Counted from the first letter of the stretch, positions 40,432 through 51,889 are shown. The stretch: 64,000 nucleotides of DNA from Macrostomum lignano (GCA_002269645.1 NIVC01000870.1:124001-188000), one strand, 5' to 3'. Translations and numbers: made by a program. The notes: a model not told the origin generated them from the letters alone.

Positions 40432-40661
40432 ATTTTGAAAATCACTAAAAATAAGTGAAAAATGACTAAAAACAGGTGAAAATGGTCTGAAAACAGCGAT
40501 TTTTTGTGATTTTCAAAAATTTTGAAAAAGTGCAATTTTCACGATTCCAGCTCTAAAACCATGAGAAAAGTTGGATTCACGGGTCAATTCAATGCAATTT
40601 CAGGTATATACAATTTGAAAGTATCATCCAATTTAACGATAGTAAATTTTATATATATAAA

Positions 40662-42900
40662 ATGGCCTTCAGTAAACCATTATTTCTAGGAAACGCTTTA
40701 GATATTCAGTCAGCTATAACAAAACTACCACCCATCTTCTCCACAGGAAAATATCCTGGCGAATTTCATATTCCAGGGTATTCTTTTGCAGGTTACGCAG
40801 TGGCCTGAGTGAGGAAGCCAATGTCCTTGCTAGTCATCGAATAAGCACTTGTTAAATTTTCTAAAGTAAAAATGGAGCAAACAATTCGAAAAATTCTACT
40901 GAAACCAATTGATGATAAGGTTGGGCATGATCAAATTCTTCATGATCTTTTTCAAGAAGAGTTAATAATTTCACACAAGATTAAAGTTATACAAATGAGA
41001 CTAGGCAGACTATATGAAATTTTAGCAGAAAATTATTTTGGATTCGAGAAGGTAATAAAGATAGACTTGGTTCACGTTGAGCGAAAGATTGCATTAGAGC
41101 TTAAATCTTCTGATAATACGGACAATTCATCAAGTCGTGAAAGGAATTATCAGAAACTAATAGACTATAAAAATTCTTATCCCACCTACCAGTTGTATTA
41201 TGCGTGCATCAATAAAACTACAAAGGAACCTAAGAATATTTTACTAGACAATGGAATCACCCTTATAACAGGAGAATTTGCATTGAAACTTCTTTATGGG
41301 GATCAATACAAAAAGATTATAACCAACATTAAACAAGTGCTTAGTGATTGGCGACACCTTCAAATTGCGGGAACTCCGTCCGATTCTAGTACGTCAACAA
41401 CAGTCTCAAGTACCACTTCAGTTGAGAAATCTTCTGAAGGAACACAGGTAATTCCTGTTCCCATTCGGACTTTGTCCGCGAACCTATGGTTCGATGGTAA
41501 CAAGCTTGAGGACATGGTGGAAATCCGCAGCCAAGCTCCTAAGTCCGAACGAAGTTGACAAGGATATGGAGAAGGTTCAGAGACTTAATGGGGGTGGGGC
41601 TGAAGGATCTGGTCAATCCTGATGAAGCCTTAAGATAAAGTCCAGCCTCTCTCGAAATATTGAGGAACAACTGCCTGGTACAAATTTAGACAAAAGACTC
41701 AATCCAATTACAGACAGGCCTCGGTATGATAGTCTACCAATTAACCCAATCGATTGGACTGCTTACTATCATGACAAAAGCTATAGAGATGCTGAAAAGA
41801 CGTCTTCAACTCCAGAGGAAGCCCTAGCAAAGAAGCACATTGCTGATGATAAAATGATTGCTGATTTAGATGCTATTTCAACCAGTGACTTGTCTGTGAA
41901 AGAGAGACTCATTCGAAATCTAGTAAAGCGTATTACCAAGGCTAAAGTTCGGTTTGGATTAGGCATTCATACTCACAACCCTAACAATTGTATAGACTGT
42001 CTAACCATATACGGCAATGGTCTTAGCTATGAAGATGCTTTGAAATTGCATAAAGAATATCGAAAGCCAAGAGTATTTAGAAAAATGATTCACTATGCAA
42101 AAGACACAATTTGGCATGCAGATATCATTATCCTTCCTCCTGAAAGAGGTTACAAATATGCTCTCACTATCATAGATGGTTTTACACGTTACGCTTGGGC
42201 AGTTCCTTTGAAAACAAAGACGGGAGCAGAAGTTGCAGAAGCTTTCCAAAAAGTATTTAAGGAATCAGGAAGACGATCAGAGAGACTTTGTGTAGATGAA
42301 GGCAAGGAGTTTTATAATCAGCATATGTACAAGCTATACTCGTTTTCAAAAGACAACATTAGAAAGAAAGATGAAAATGGGGAGTATATTAACAAGATGT
42401 TCTCAATTTATGGTGAGTCTAAGAATGCAATGATTGAGAGGTTCAATCGTACTCTCACAAATAAACTCTGGTTTGAATTTGATCTACAAGGAAACCAGAA
42501 GTGGCTCCACATATTTCCAGCTATTGTTGAAAAATACAACAACACAATCCATTCTGAGATTCTGATAACTCCTTCAGAAGCATCTAAACATCCTGAGCGA
42601 GTACCAAAGCCTTCCTTCGAGTATTCAAATGGGAAACCAAACTTCAAAGTAGGTGACAAAGTTCATATCTATAGATACAAGGAGCACTTTGAAAAGGGTC
42701 GAAGAGGTTATTGGAAAATTTCAGAAGTGTTTAGGATAAAGAAAATAGTTTATTCAAATCCCATAACCTACATTATTGAGGATGAGAATGGAGAAGAAAT
42801 TATTGGATCATTTTACAAATCCCAGCTTTTACCAGCAAATTCTCCAACTAAAAATGAGCGCCTATCGAACAAACTGCAAACGGGCAAAAGGTCAGATTGA
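40662..42900 (+). CDS. Phospholipase A2 (parvovirus-type)-retroviral-like integrase fusion, join(40662..40793,41674..42900), about 452 aa
   Basis: Exon 1 ends EFHIPGYSFAG and exon 2 starts PGTNLDKRL, followed by PINPIDWTAYYHDKSY and KHIADDKMI. Integrase triad WHAD, VDEGKEF, IERFNRTL; C-terminal FKVGDKV and YIIEDENGEEIIGSFY. Exon 2 is in frame with the 41854 ORF (offset 180 nt). Confidence 0.9.
40794..41673 (+). ncRNA. Group I self-splicing intron (IC1-like core), 880 nt
   Basis: The 5' exon ends in U and the intron ends in omega-G. P1: CAGGU/GCCUG with U-G at the splice site. P element AAATTGCGGGAA 41362, Q AATCCGCAGC 41522, R GTTCAGAGACTTAAT 41575, S AAGATAAAGTCC 41632. P3, P4, P6a, P7, P8 and P9 helices can all pair. 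Confidence 0.9.
40872..41558 (+). CDS. Intron-encoded putative PD-(D/E)xK endonuclease (Eco47II-like), 228 aa; C-terminal tail overlaps the ribozyme core
   Basis: IDL...ELKSSDNTDNSSS fits a D...ExK active site and resembles the ExKNxxNTxNS signature I recall for Eco47II-like restriction endonucleases. Located between P1 and P3. Confidence 0.6.
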   Translation: MEQTIRKILLKPIDDKVGHDQILHDLFQEELIISHKIKVIQMRLGRLYEILAENYFGFEKVIKIDLVHVERKIALELKSSDNTDNSSSRERNYQKLIDYKNSYPTYQLYYACINKTTKEPKNILLDNGITLITGEFALKLLYGDQYKKIITNIKQVLSDWRHLQIAGTPSDSSTSTTVSSTTSVEKSSEGTQVIPVPIRTLSANLWFDGNKLEDMVEIRSQAPKSERS

Positions 42901-43276
42901 AACGTCAGATTCACAACTACTAGCTGATAAAGAGGGTGAAGGAATTGGTGATATGATCAGTGGTGTCACAAACTTTTTATCAAATCATGGAAGTAAAATT
43001 GTGAGTGGAGCTGATGCAATAGGTAAAACAGCTACCACAGCGAAAAACATATTTGATGCGAAGAAATCATACAGTGACATGTCTAAAGCAGGTGAGGAAC
43101 TGGAATATATTAAAAAGAAACGTAGAGATAAAGAAGCAAAGAAAAGAATGGAAAAAGAGCAACAGATAGCTTCTCAATCAAATAAGGCTATTCAAGATAT
43201 TGTTAAAAAGGCTCTAGGGTCAGCAGAACAGCCTCAAGTGTCTTTGAGACAAGGCAATGGTTTGAAGAAATTCTGA
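42854..43276 (+). CDS. Small basic Polinton/adintovirus-type protein with GxG motifs (putative core protein), about 140 aa
   Basis: Open ORF overlapping the integrase end, with EGEGIGD and QGNGL motifs and a Lys-rich coil. Confidence 0.6.
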   Translation: MSAYRTNCKRAKGQIETSDSQLLADKEGEGIGDMISGVTNFLSNHGSKIVSGADAIGKTATTAKNIFDAKKSYSDMSKAGEELEYIKKKRRDKEAKKRMEKEQQIASQSNKAIQDIVKKALGSAEQPQVSLRQGNGLKKF

Positions 43277-43284
43277 CCTTAAAA

Positions 43285-43737
43285 ATGAGCGAGAAAAACA
43301 CTGAAGCAAGACTCAATCGATATGTTCGAGAGGGAAAACCAAGATATGTTACTGTAAATAAACAAAAGCAGTATCTTTCTAAAGAGAAGATTCGAGAATT
43401 GCAAGAGAAACAGAAAGAACATGAAGGTGGAATAATTCCTCTATTAGGCTTACTACCAGCAATTTTGGGTGGTATCGGAGCAGCCTCCGGAGTTGGTACA
43501 ATGATTGCAAAAAGTGTTAATACAGCCAACAATGCTAAGCATAATAAGACAATAGAAAGCATTGAACGGCAAAAACTAGAAGAGTTGAAAAAGGCTCAAG
43601 GGAGTGGAGTATTAGTTGATGCGGCTAAAAGAGTCGAACAAGTACCCAGCGAAGCAGTCGAGTGGCTGCTAAAGACTTTTAAAGTTGAAAAGGAGAAACA
43701 GGGTAATGGGATAATTCTTAGACCTCACGAAGCTTAG
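43285..43737 (+). CDS. Small Polinton/adintovirus-type protein with an amphipathic GG(I/F)xP segment (putative membrane-active virion protein), 150 aa
   Basis: EGGIIPLLGLLPAILGGIGAASGVG hydrophobic Gly-rich stretch; QGSG and QGNG motifs. Confidence 0.6.
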   Translation: MSEKNTEARLNRYVREGKPRYVTVNKQKQYLSKEKIRELQEKQKEHEGGIIPLLGLLPAILGGIGAASGVGTMIAKSVNTANNAKHNKTIESIERQKLEELKKAQGSGVLVDAAKRVEQVPSEAVEWLLKTFKVEKEKQGNGIILRPHEA

Positions 43738-46700
43738 TTGAAATTACAATACTAATATTACCAAATTATACACAAGCAACTACATATCAGTATTGTTCCA
43801 TTGCACAGTCAGGCGTCCGCAGTCAAATCACAGTAGTCAACAGTAGTGAGTCTACCCGATTCCTTCTCATGGAAGAAGAATTGGAAGCAGCCAGCACCTA
43901 GGGCTTGTACAGCCAGGGTGTATTCACCTTCACAAGCCGTGACATGCTCGGGGTACATATATCCTGGAGGCGGCCGCGCAAAGACCCCATTCTTGAACGC
44001 TGCAAAGAGAGAAGATGCAGCCCATTACTACCTGATCAGCCTCTTAATAAACAAAAAGCCCAATAATTGCTTACCGTCTCTGACATATTGCAAAGCCAAA
44101 AATATTAGAATATTATGCGTCGGCAACTACTCGGCACCATGTGCTGAAGCACTAGATTTTGTGCTGAGATGCTTGAAAAGGAGTTCGCGGAACTCTTGCA
44201 GCTGCCCTCCAAGTCGGTCAGCGCCGTGCTTCAGCTGCTGTTGGACTGTGCGGCTCGCCGCGTCCATCGAGGCATCAGCTGGCTGGCCGTCCTCATAGCC
44301 GGTGCCGTACATGCGCGTGCAGGCCACTGGAGATTGAAATTTATCAAGATTATTAAGATTTATTGACGTTGCACAGTTGGAAACATCTTGCTGTTTATCT
44401 GGATTGCTAGAAACTATTATCTGTTAAATTCCAAAGTGTCGAGATTTGGTCTGATGTCTACCCTAGACACTCAAAATTGCGGGAAATTGTCCAAAATTGC
44501 AATCTGATTGTAAGGATTGGGCAATTATTGCAAATTGATTGCAAGTCATTTGCAGGTTTTGACAAGCTGATTGCCAATTTAATTGCAATCTTGGCAATCC
44601 GTCCTAAGAGTAGAAAACAAATGAGATGTTTTCGATCTGTTTGATATTATAAAAAATGGTCGATAGGAACAGCTAATTGATTCTTCTTTTAACCTGCCCT
44701 AGCTTGTAATTTTCTTCGGCATATCGCCTTTGTAATTCGCGATCAGAGGGCATTATGTAAAATAAAGTTATGGACCACCTTTTGTTTGTCGTCCAAAAGT
44801 CATCTCGAAGAGTATATCTGGCGCCGCCTGTACCCGAACAATGCATTCGGCGCCGTGCTTTACTGGGCTTCCGTGTATTACCCTGTTTAAGTGACTCGGC
44901 AACTTCAACTGACTGTTTTTCTGACTTGTGACACTTAAGCGATGCACTCTTCGAGATGACTCTCGAAGAGTGCATCGCTTGTACCGTGCATTGCGCGCAG
45001 GCGCCTCTTGGCAAGGGCCCAGGTGCCCTCGATGCGGTTTGTGTTGTGCTTTGTGTTTGCATGCGCGAGACAGTTGATTAGGTGGGACAATAAATGTCGG
45101 GGCAGCTGGGCGGCCGGCCATTGTGCAGATTAAGCTGAAAGGGTTGTGGTTCGGGTACAGATGCAGAATATGCTATGTAAATGCAAAAAAACACATGAAA
45201 ATAATATCGCGAAGTAAAGTAGAACTATGAAATAATATCGCGAAGTAAACTAGAACTATGCCTCAATGTGAAAAAGCAAGATTTATTAGTCATTAGTCAT
45301 TGTAGATTAGTTTTACCTCATGTTAACTGAGGAGAGAGCGCTTCTTCTTCTAGCATCTTCAATGCCTTATCGGCATACTTAATTATTAAGCGCCGTCGAA
45401 ACAGCGAGATGCCGCAACGATTTAGAATAGGGTGAGTGTTGCTGAGTCTACCCACCTGGATTAAGAAATTCCTCCAAACCGGCTTTATCGAAGCTTCATG
45501 GCAAACTCTCTATATTCCTCAGCAAACAGTACGAGCTTAATGCGGATCAGAATTTTTCCAGCCTTTATTCCACATAGAAGTTCTTGATTTTGCAGTTCGT
45601 TTAGTATTTTGTCGATGTTGTTAAGCTCATTCACAACATCCAGAATGGCGTGCCTTCCAGAGGCAAACTCCACAACCGGCAAGCAAATCACGGAGTAAGT
45701 TGACAGCCTCATTGATGTGCTTTAACTTCTTTCGTTTGTTAATTCATTCTACTCTACTAGTGATAGATGGTATATTAATCACATGCTCATTAAATCGCCT
45801 CGCAACTTTGTTAAATTCCTCTATCCATCACTTCGGCCGCTTCATGTCATCACTCTCGCACATCCTATTTACTAGATAAACCAAATGGCTTGGCTCCGTA
45901 GGAGCGAATAGTGGCCTGTTCTCAGATAGATTATATATTTAATTTTAAAATGTCTAAAGCGTCTTACTCATCGTCACTCATTGGTTGTGGTGCGTGGTGC
46001 ATTAGCAGCTGCCAGCTTCTTGTTTAGCGACTGCCTGCTCTCGATTGGCTTCATCCGTTGTTCTCGCGTTGTGTGGTTGACTTGCTGGCCTGTCTCTCAG
46101 TGTATGGTGGTGGGTCTGCATAAATTTCGCCTGTTTCGCCAGTTAAAAAATTTGCAAAGCTAAGGTTTTAGCCTCAAATGCTAGTAATGAATTAATCGCA
46201 GATTTTTTGCGGCTAAATATTGTTTTAGGTAAGACAACAGGCGCTCTTCGGTGGTGAAAACATGGAAAACGTAGATGGTTTCGATCTGTTCCATGTTAGA
46301 AAAAATGGTCTTTGGGAACAGAAGATCGATTTTTCTTTTAATCTGCGTTAGCATTGAGTTTGCTTCAGCATATTGCCCTCGTATTTAGTTTTTGTCTGCC
46401 TGCCGGCGAATGAAATACCTATATATGTGTGGGGAGACTTCTAGAAACTTCTAAAACTTCTAGAAGAATTTATTGCTAAACAATAGCTGACTCGCAACTC
46501 ATACCTCCGCCACACCTATGTATAATTAAGCATGTCTGTCTGTCTACCCTTTTAGCTTGCGTGTATCTGTAATGTGGCACATTTTCGTCTATTTTTAGTA
46601 AAATAAAGATAGACTAGAGATTTGAAGTTGAAGACTTTCTAACTTTTCATTTGGTTCTCTTATTGTATGTCTTGCCTCTTTATTCAGCGTTACCTCTTAG

Positions 46701-48108
46701 AGCTTACAAAGGAGATCACTCTGGTACGGCTACAATGAATAACCCAGAAAGTCTTCTGGTATTGTGATGGATTGTTGGTTTGGGTTGGTGGCGTGATATT
46801 TTTCCGTCCACCCATCTGGTGCGAAAGTGTGCTCACCGAACGTTTATGGATAAGTAGGGGAGGGTGCAAGTAAGGGAGAGACTAGAAAGTCCGACTAATG
46901 TCGTGACTTGCCGTCTCCCCTAGGGAGCGAGTGCAAGTCACTCGACGATCGTTTTCCGCTCTCCGGGGGAGAGGGCATGAGGTGGGAGAGTACAAAGTGT
47001 GACAGGCCGGTCCTTCTGCTGGGCTACGAAGAATCCAAGCTGATAAGGCGCATCGAACACAGTCGACACCGTCGCGGGTTTGATTTGATCTCCTCGGCTG
47101 ATGCTGTCGAGTGCTTCTGTAGAGCGGCGGATGCACAGTAGTGACTATTGATGTCATTGTCGCTTCTTATTACCTTCAAGCATGCTACGTTGTCACCAGA
47201 TCGCATGTCGCTTGAAGATCGCTGTGTTGTACCCCAGCACATAGGCTTCCATGCCGCACTCGCTCTGTTTGACTCTGCCTCGTTCCTCGTCAATTCTACT
47301 GCCGTGACAGGCATTCAGATGATGTCTAGCGAACTCACACGGTCAGAGGGAACCATCTGTAATAGGTCGCTAATCGGTAGTCTCTGATGGCCTCTCACGC
47401 CAACCACATTACACACCTGCTACCCCTCTGCCACGACAGACTCAAAGAACTGAGTCCTTTTCTTAGGTTTGAGCTCAAACTTCACTACATTCAGCAGTGG
47501 AGAGCCTCGGTTCTTTCAATTGCAATGTATTTATAACTCTCGGCATTGTGCTCAGGAGCAGTGTTGGGTTGGTGACGTGATATTTTTCCGCCCACCCATT
47601 TTTTCTGCTTTTTGCATAGTTGGTACTATCTTCGGTTTAATTAACACAGAAGGCACGTAGGTCTGCATTGCTGTTTTAGTAGAATAGAATAGAATTTATA
47701 TATAATTATTCATAGAATTATTCTTATTTCGATTTCAATCTTATTTCATTATTCAATTTATTCGTAGAATTTTGAATGATGATAAGCTGTTTTCCGCCCC
47801 CTGCCGTTGTAGGGGAGGGTTACGCGTGGTTAGCAACGGCATAGGTTTAAATTGGCACTTTTTTCCGGGCTTCAACGCTTGACATGCGTCATCAGGACGT
47901 CATCAGAAGCAAAATTTCAACACTTGACATGTGCGCGAGGTTAGTTTGTCTAGGCCTGATTGGCCTAGGTTGCATTAGAGCGAATTCCACAGAGAAGATT
48001 CAACTTACTGCCATACCCAGTGGCCACTGAAAGCAACCGATTGGAACGAAAGAAACGAGAGAGGGCAGTAATTTTCTCAGTGCTGCGTGCAACTCATCGG
48101 TGGGTTTT

Positions 48109-48420
48109 AAATTCTAACGGCGTTAGAATTTCTATGAGAAAAGTTTCCCACAAGATAAGCTTTGGCACCAAATTTTCACATAGGAAATTCTAATGCCGTA
48201 AGAAAATCTAGCTGCTGACTTAAAGGAAGACTAGGTTGGCTGTGTATGGTCAGGAAATTTTAACGCCGTTAGAAAATCTAGCTAATGGCTCAAAGGAAGA
48301 CTAGGCTGGCTGTGATTGATCAGGAAATTCTAACGCCGTTTAGAAAATTTAGCTGCTGGCTCAAAGGAAGAGAAAGGCTGGCTGTGATTGGTCAGGAAAT
48401 TCTAACGCCGTTAGAAAATT
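48109..48420. repeat. About 70-bp tandem repeat (5 copies) with a near-palindromic core TTCTAACGCCGTTAGAA
   Basis: Cores near 48112, 48188, 48258, 48328 and 48400. Confidence 0.9.
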
Positions 48421-49699
48421 CAATGAGAGCTAAATTAAAAAAAGTTACACAGTTTTCCACACAGGATCACTGGCTAAAATTTCTTCTAGAAACTTCATCT
48501 TTGAGGTTAAATCTCTAATTGACATGGACACCTGTCTAAGACCGGGATAAGTTACATAACTTTTGTACGAGCGTACAGTCTAATATACAAATAACCTGTA
48601 GAAGGCTTAATATCTACTTTTTTACATCGATTAACAAATCCTTCTTTAGCACACTGCTTTTAACGTTCTTTTTTTCTTCGGTGCGCTACTCTATAAACAG
48701 CCGTCCAACTTCCAGAATCCAATGAAGACCTCCAATTTGAGTCTTCTTGTAATTTTCTAGAGCCGCCTTCACCCTAGTGATAATGTTCTGCTCACCCGAC
48801 GGAAGCCGGTGATCAACAGCGTCTTGCAGCTGATTAGCTAGAGTTACGCGGGATGTGTACAGCCGCTCTATACTTTTGCAGATCCGCTAGCCTTTTTTCT
48901 TCACTTCTCACATTTTAAGCTTTGTTCGCTTCGGCAATATCGTCAGCGGCCATGGCGAACGACTCGATTGGTAGGTCGCCAGTTTCTAAACCGAAAAGGT
49001 GGCTAATTCCTCTCTTCTCTTTACTTGTAGCTGCGTAGGAATATCCTTTAAAATTCTTTATGGCATGGCACAAAAGGCCTTGCTTATCTGTTAGATAAAG
49101 GTTCCACTCCACTTCCATTTTCTAAATCTTTATAAAAAGCAGCAGTGAACTGCAGCAACGGCTTTATAAGCGGCCAACCAGGGCTTCCCTGCTTTCCACG
49201 AACTGGGCTTGAAAAAAACGCCCCTAAACTCGTATAGCGGAGTGGGGTGGGGCGGGTGAGTGTCCCTTCCTGGGAAGCGCAGTGACCATAGTGGCTTCCC
49301 TGGGTAAACTCTTCCCTCTAACTAACCCTGCTAGTTTGTTCACCCCTCTCTCAGAAAATCAGCTCTCCTCCATACCATACCCCTTGTCAGACCCTCCCAG
49401 GCTGAGCGAGCTTCTGTCTGCTTTTCTGCACGCTCTCACCCCAAAACCAGACACTGCGCCGAAGACTTTACTTTTCCACTAGGACGCTAAAGTACGGTTT
49501 GTTACGAACTCTATGGGTGTGGGGGAGGGGTCTGTCCAAATGTACACCCTTCCTAACCAAATAGGAGAGAAGGACGAAGCCTGAAAGAGATAAGAACAGA
49601 GAGGGTCGAGGACTCGGTTTTCAGCATATTTATTTCATTGCCCTTCACCAGCCCGCAGTCTTAAGACCTGTATACATCGAAATGTATGGAAGTATATTT

Positions 49700-49950
49700 T
49701 AATATAGTATATATACTTCGTCGCCTATTTCGCCCACAGTCAGGTTGTTTCAATGAAACATTTGATGTATATCAGTCAACTCGTCTTCTCCTGGTACGCC
49801 GTTTTTCATTTTGTTCAGTTCTCTTTCGACTTCCGTCCAGGTGATTGGATCCATTAAGGCCTGGTTTGCTTGCTCTCCAACTTCCTTGGGGATTGCCGGC
49901 TTTGAAGCGTGAAGAGTGAGTGAGCTGTACCGTGCCGCTCTAGACCAGCT
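49700..49950 (-). pseudogene. Short LINE ORF2 remnant (region preceding the RT)
   Basis: LMDPITWTEVERELNKMKNGVPGEDEL matches the PIT..EV...L..MKN.KAPG.D pattern. Confidence 0.6.
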
Positions 49951-51889
49951 AATAAAATAATTAATACTTAATAAAAAATGGTCTCAATATTCTTCAAAGC
50001 TTAATTGTTGTGGTGACGTAGTGAACATGGCGTGGGTTGGTCACTGAGTAGGTGCAATGTTTTTGCTATTTTTTTGTCTTCCTAATATTTGCTTTGTAAG
50101 CATTGCATAGTGCGTGATAAAACTAGAGCGAAAAAACCTATTTTTTAAGTCTTAAAACTTGATTTTGAGTCATCTCTTTCTCTTAAAAAGGGAACTTGCT
50201 TTCATGTAGTAAAAAAATATGATATTCTCGCTGGCGGCTTTCAATTGGTTGTCAATAATCCTATATATTTTCGCGCAAATATTTTTAGAAAAAATCTTTT
50301 TCATAGGTGCAATGACTAGTTCAGTCAAAAAATACTTTAGCGAGCCACTCCGACTCATCCCTAACCTCGACCGACCCACCCGACTCCTCATGGGACCTCC
50401 CGAGTTCAAGGGTGCAAGGACTAAGTCGAGGTGGAGCTAGGGAGAGCCACCTATCTATTTAGTGGAATGCCTGTCTAGTCTGGAAATATGGGCTGTAGAG
50501 AGAGCACACAGGAAAGAAGATTGGCAGGAACGGCAAAGTGGATGCCGAGCCTCGCTCCGATGCCTGAGCCTGGCAACCCAGCTCACAGCCGCTCCACCGC
50601 ACAGGCGCTGCCCAACCGATCTAGCCTTCACGACTTGTCGTCGTCACCAAAAGCGCTTGCTTCTGTTGCGGATCCTTTGGTTCTGGGGGGGGGGTAAACC
50701 GGTAAATTTGGTTCAGTGGACTTCAAGATTTTTTAAAATTGAAGGAAAATGTCTTATTTATTTTACTATAAGGAGTATGCTTCGGAGATACTCCTGGCAG
50801 CGAAAGTGTCCGAGCCGCAAGACACTTTAACTATAATTATATTTGGTCCCGTGGAAGAGGAGAAGGGCTACGCGATGGACCAGAGTTGTCTGGGAAACGG
50901 GATGCACTAATGGGGATATCTAATGACTAATAGGAAATGCTGGCATGGCTATTAAGTGTCCTACCCTCTAAGCAGTATAGTAAATTCGGTACAGCCGAGG
51001 AGGGTTTTTAAATATAAAAAAAATTTCTATATATCCCCCAGACTAGAGAAATTTTCGAAAACAAATTTTAAATCAGATTGAGGCTTACATTTTCAGATTC
51101 AATTTCAGATTAAGTCATCCTAAAAAACTGCGAAATCATCGTTGCAAATACCCCATTGGTTGGTGCATGCAATTTGAGACGTCGACTATCAGCTTATATA
51201 AAAGAGCTAGAGCTACAGAAAACAGACATTCAATCCGCAAAACATACTGATTTGAATATATCTACATACTGAACTAGATAGGTTAGCTAATGTTGGCCTT
51301 GTTAATGCTCATACTCATAAAAATAGGGTACAAGCTAGTACACTGCTTTGCCGTCAAGACTGTGTTTTATATACTAGAAAGTTAATACCAAATTCATAAA
51401 AATAGCTAAGCTAAGTGCTAGAAAGTAGAATAACCAAAATGAGTTAGCATTTGAATCTGATGATTTTTATTATTATCTATTACAAGCAAGAATAATCCTA
51501 TTTACAACAACTGTGTCTAGGCCTATAATAAGCATTGGCCTATCTCGTTTCTGACTACATGTATATATATCCATGTATGGGCTACATTATAATTACCATT
51601 GTCATTGATTCTCAAGCCAGTATGGTAAAGAGCTTATAAAGCTAGGGCCTAATTTAGATGTTCATTTACTTAATTTATTCTTTTCGAGCTTAGAACTAGG
51701 CCCCTAGTTTTCTTTTCAATTTCAGATGGGTCGGCTTCAATTATTGGCATGATTAAATTTCGCGCTAAATACCTTCCATAGATTATACATTAAAGCCCTT
51801 TTAATCACTAGAAAGAAAAGTCGTAACGGCAGACGACATGCCAAGCACCCAATCTAATCGGAACAAAAGCGTACCTTTTTACTTGATTA

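Larger units (their letters stand above)
40142..43740 (+). mobile_element. Polinton/Maverick (adintovirus-like) element fragment
   Basis: AGTAGTAGT terminus-like motif, PLA2-integrase fusion and two small GxG-motif virion-type ORFs, tightly packed and AT-rich. No pPolB, ATPase, protease or capsid gene seen in the window. Confidence 0.85.

Noticed and set aside
40792-41645. Spliceosomal reading of the Polinton intron (GCAG|GTTACG ... TCCAG|)
   Set aside because: The donor is weak and the join is out of frame with the integrase, so it does not rebuild GPGT. The group I boundaries do both.
43850-44330. Possible spliced minus-strand exons downstream of the Polinton fragment
   Set aside because: No recognisable domain and inconsistent frames.
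44461-44610. Second AAATTGCGGGAA (group I P-like) sequence
   Set aside because: No Q, R or S elements follow. It is part of ATTGCAA subterminal-like repeats after CCCTAGACACTC, possibly an unpaired CACTA-type end.
46880-47520. Possible LINE C-terminal remnant (RRCRLC)
   Set aside because: Too degenerate to assign a family or boundaries without alignment.
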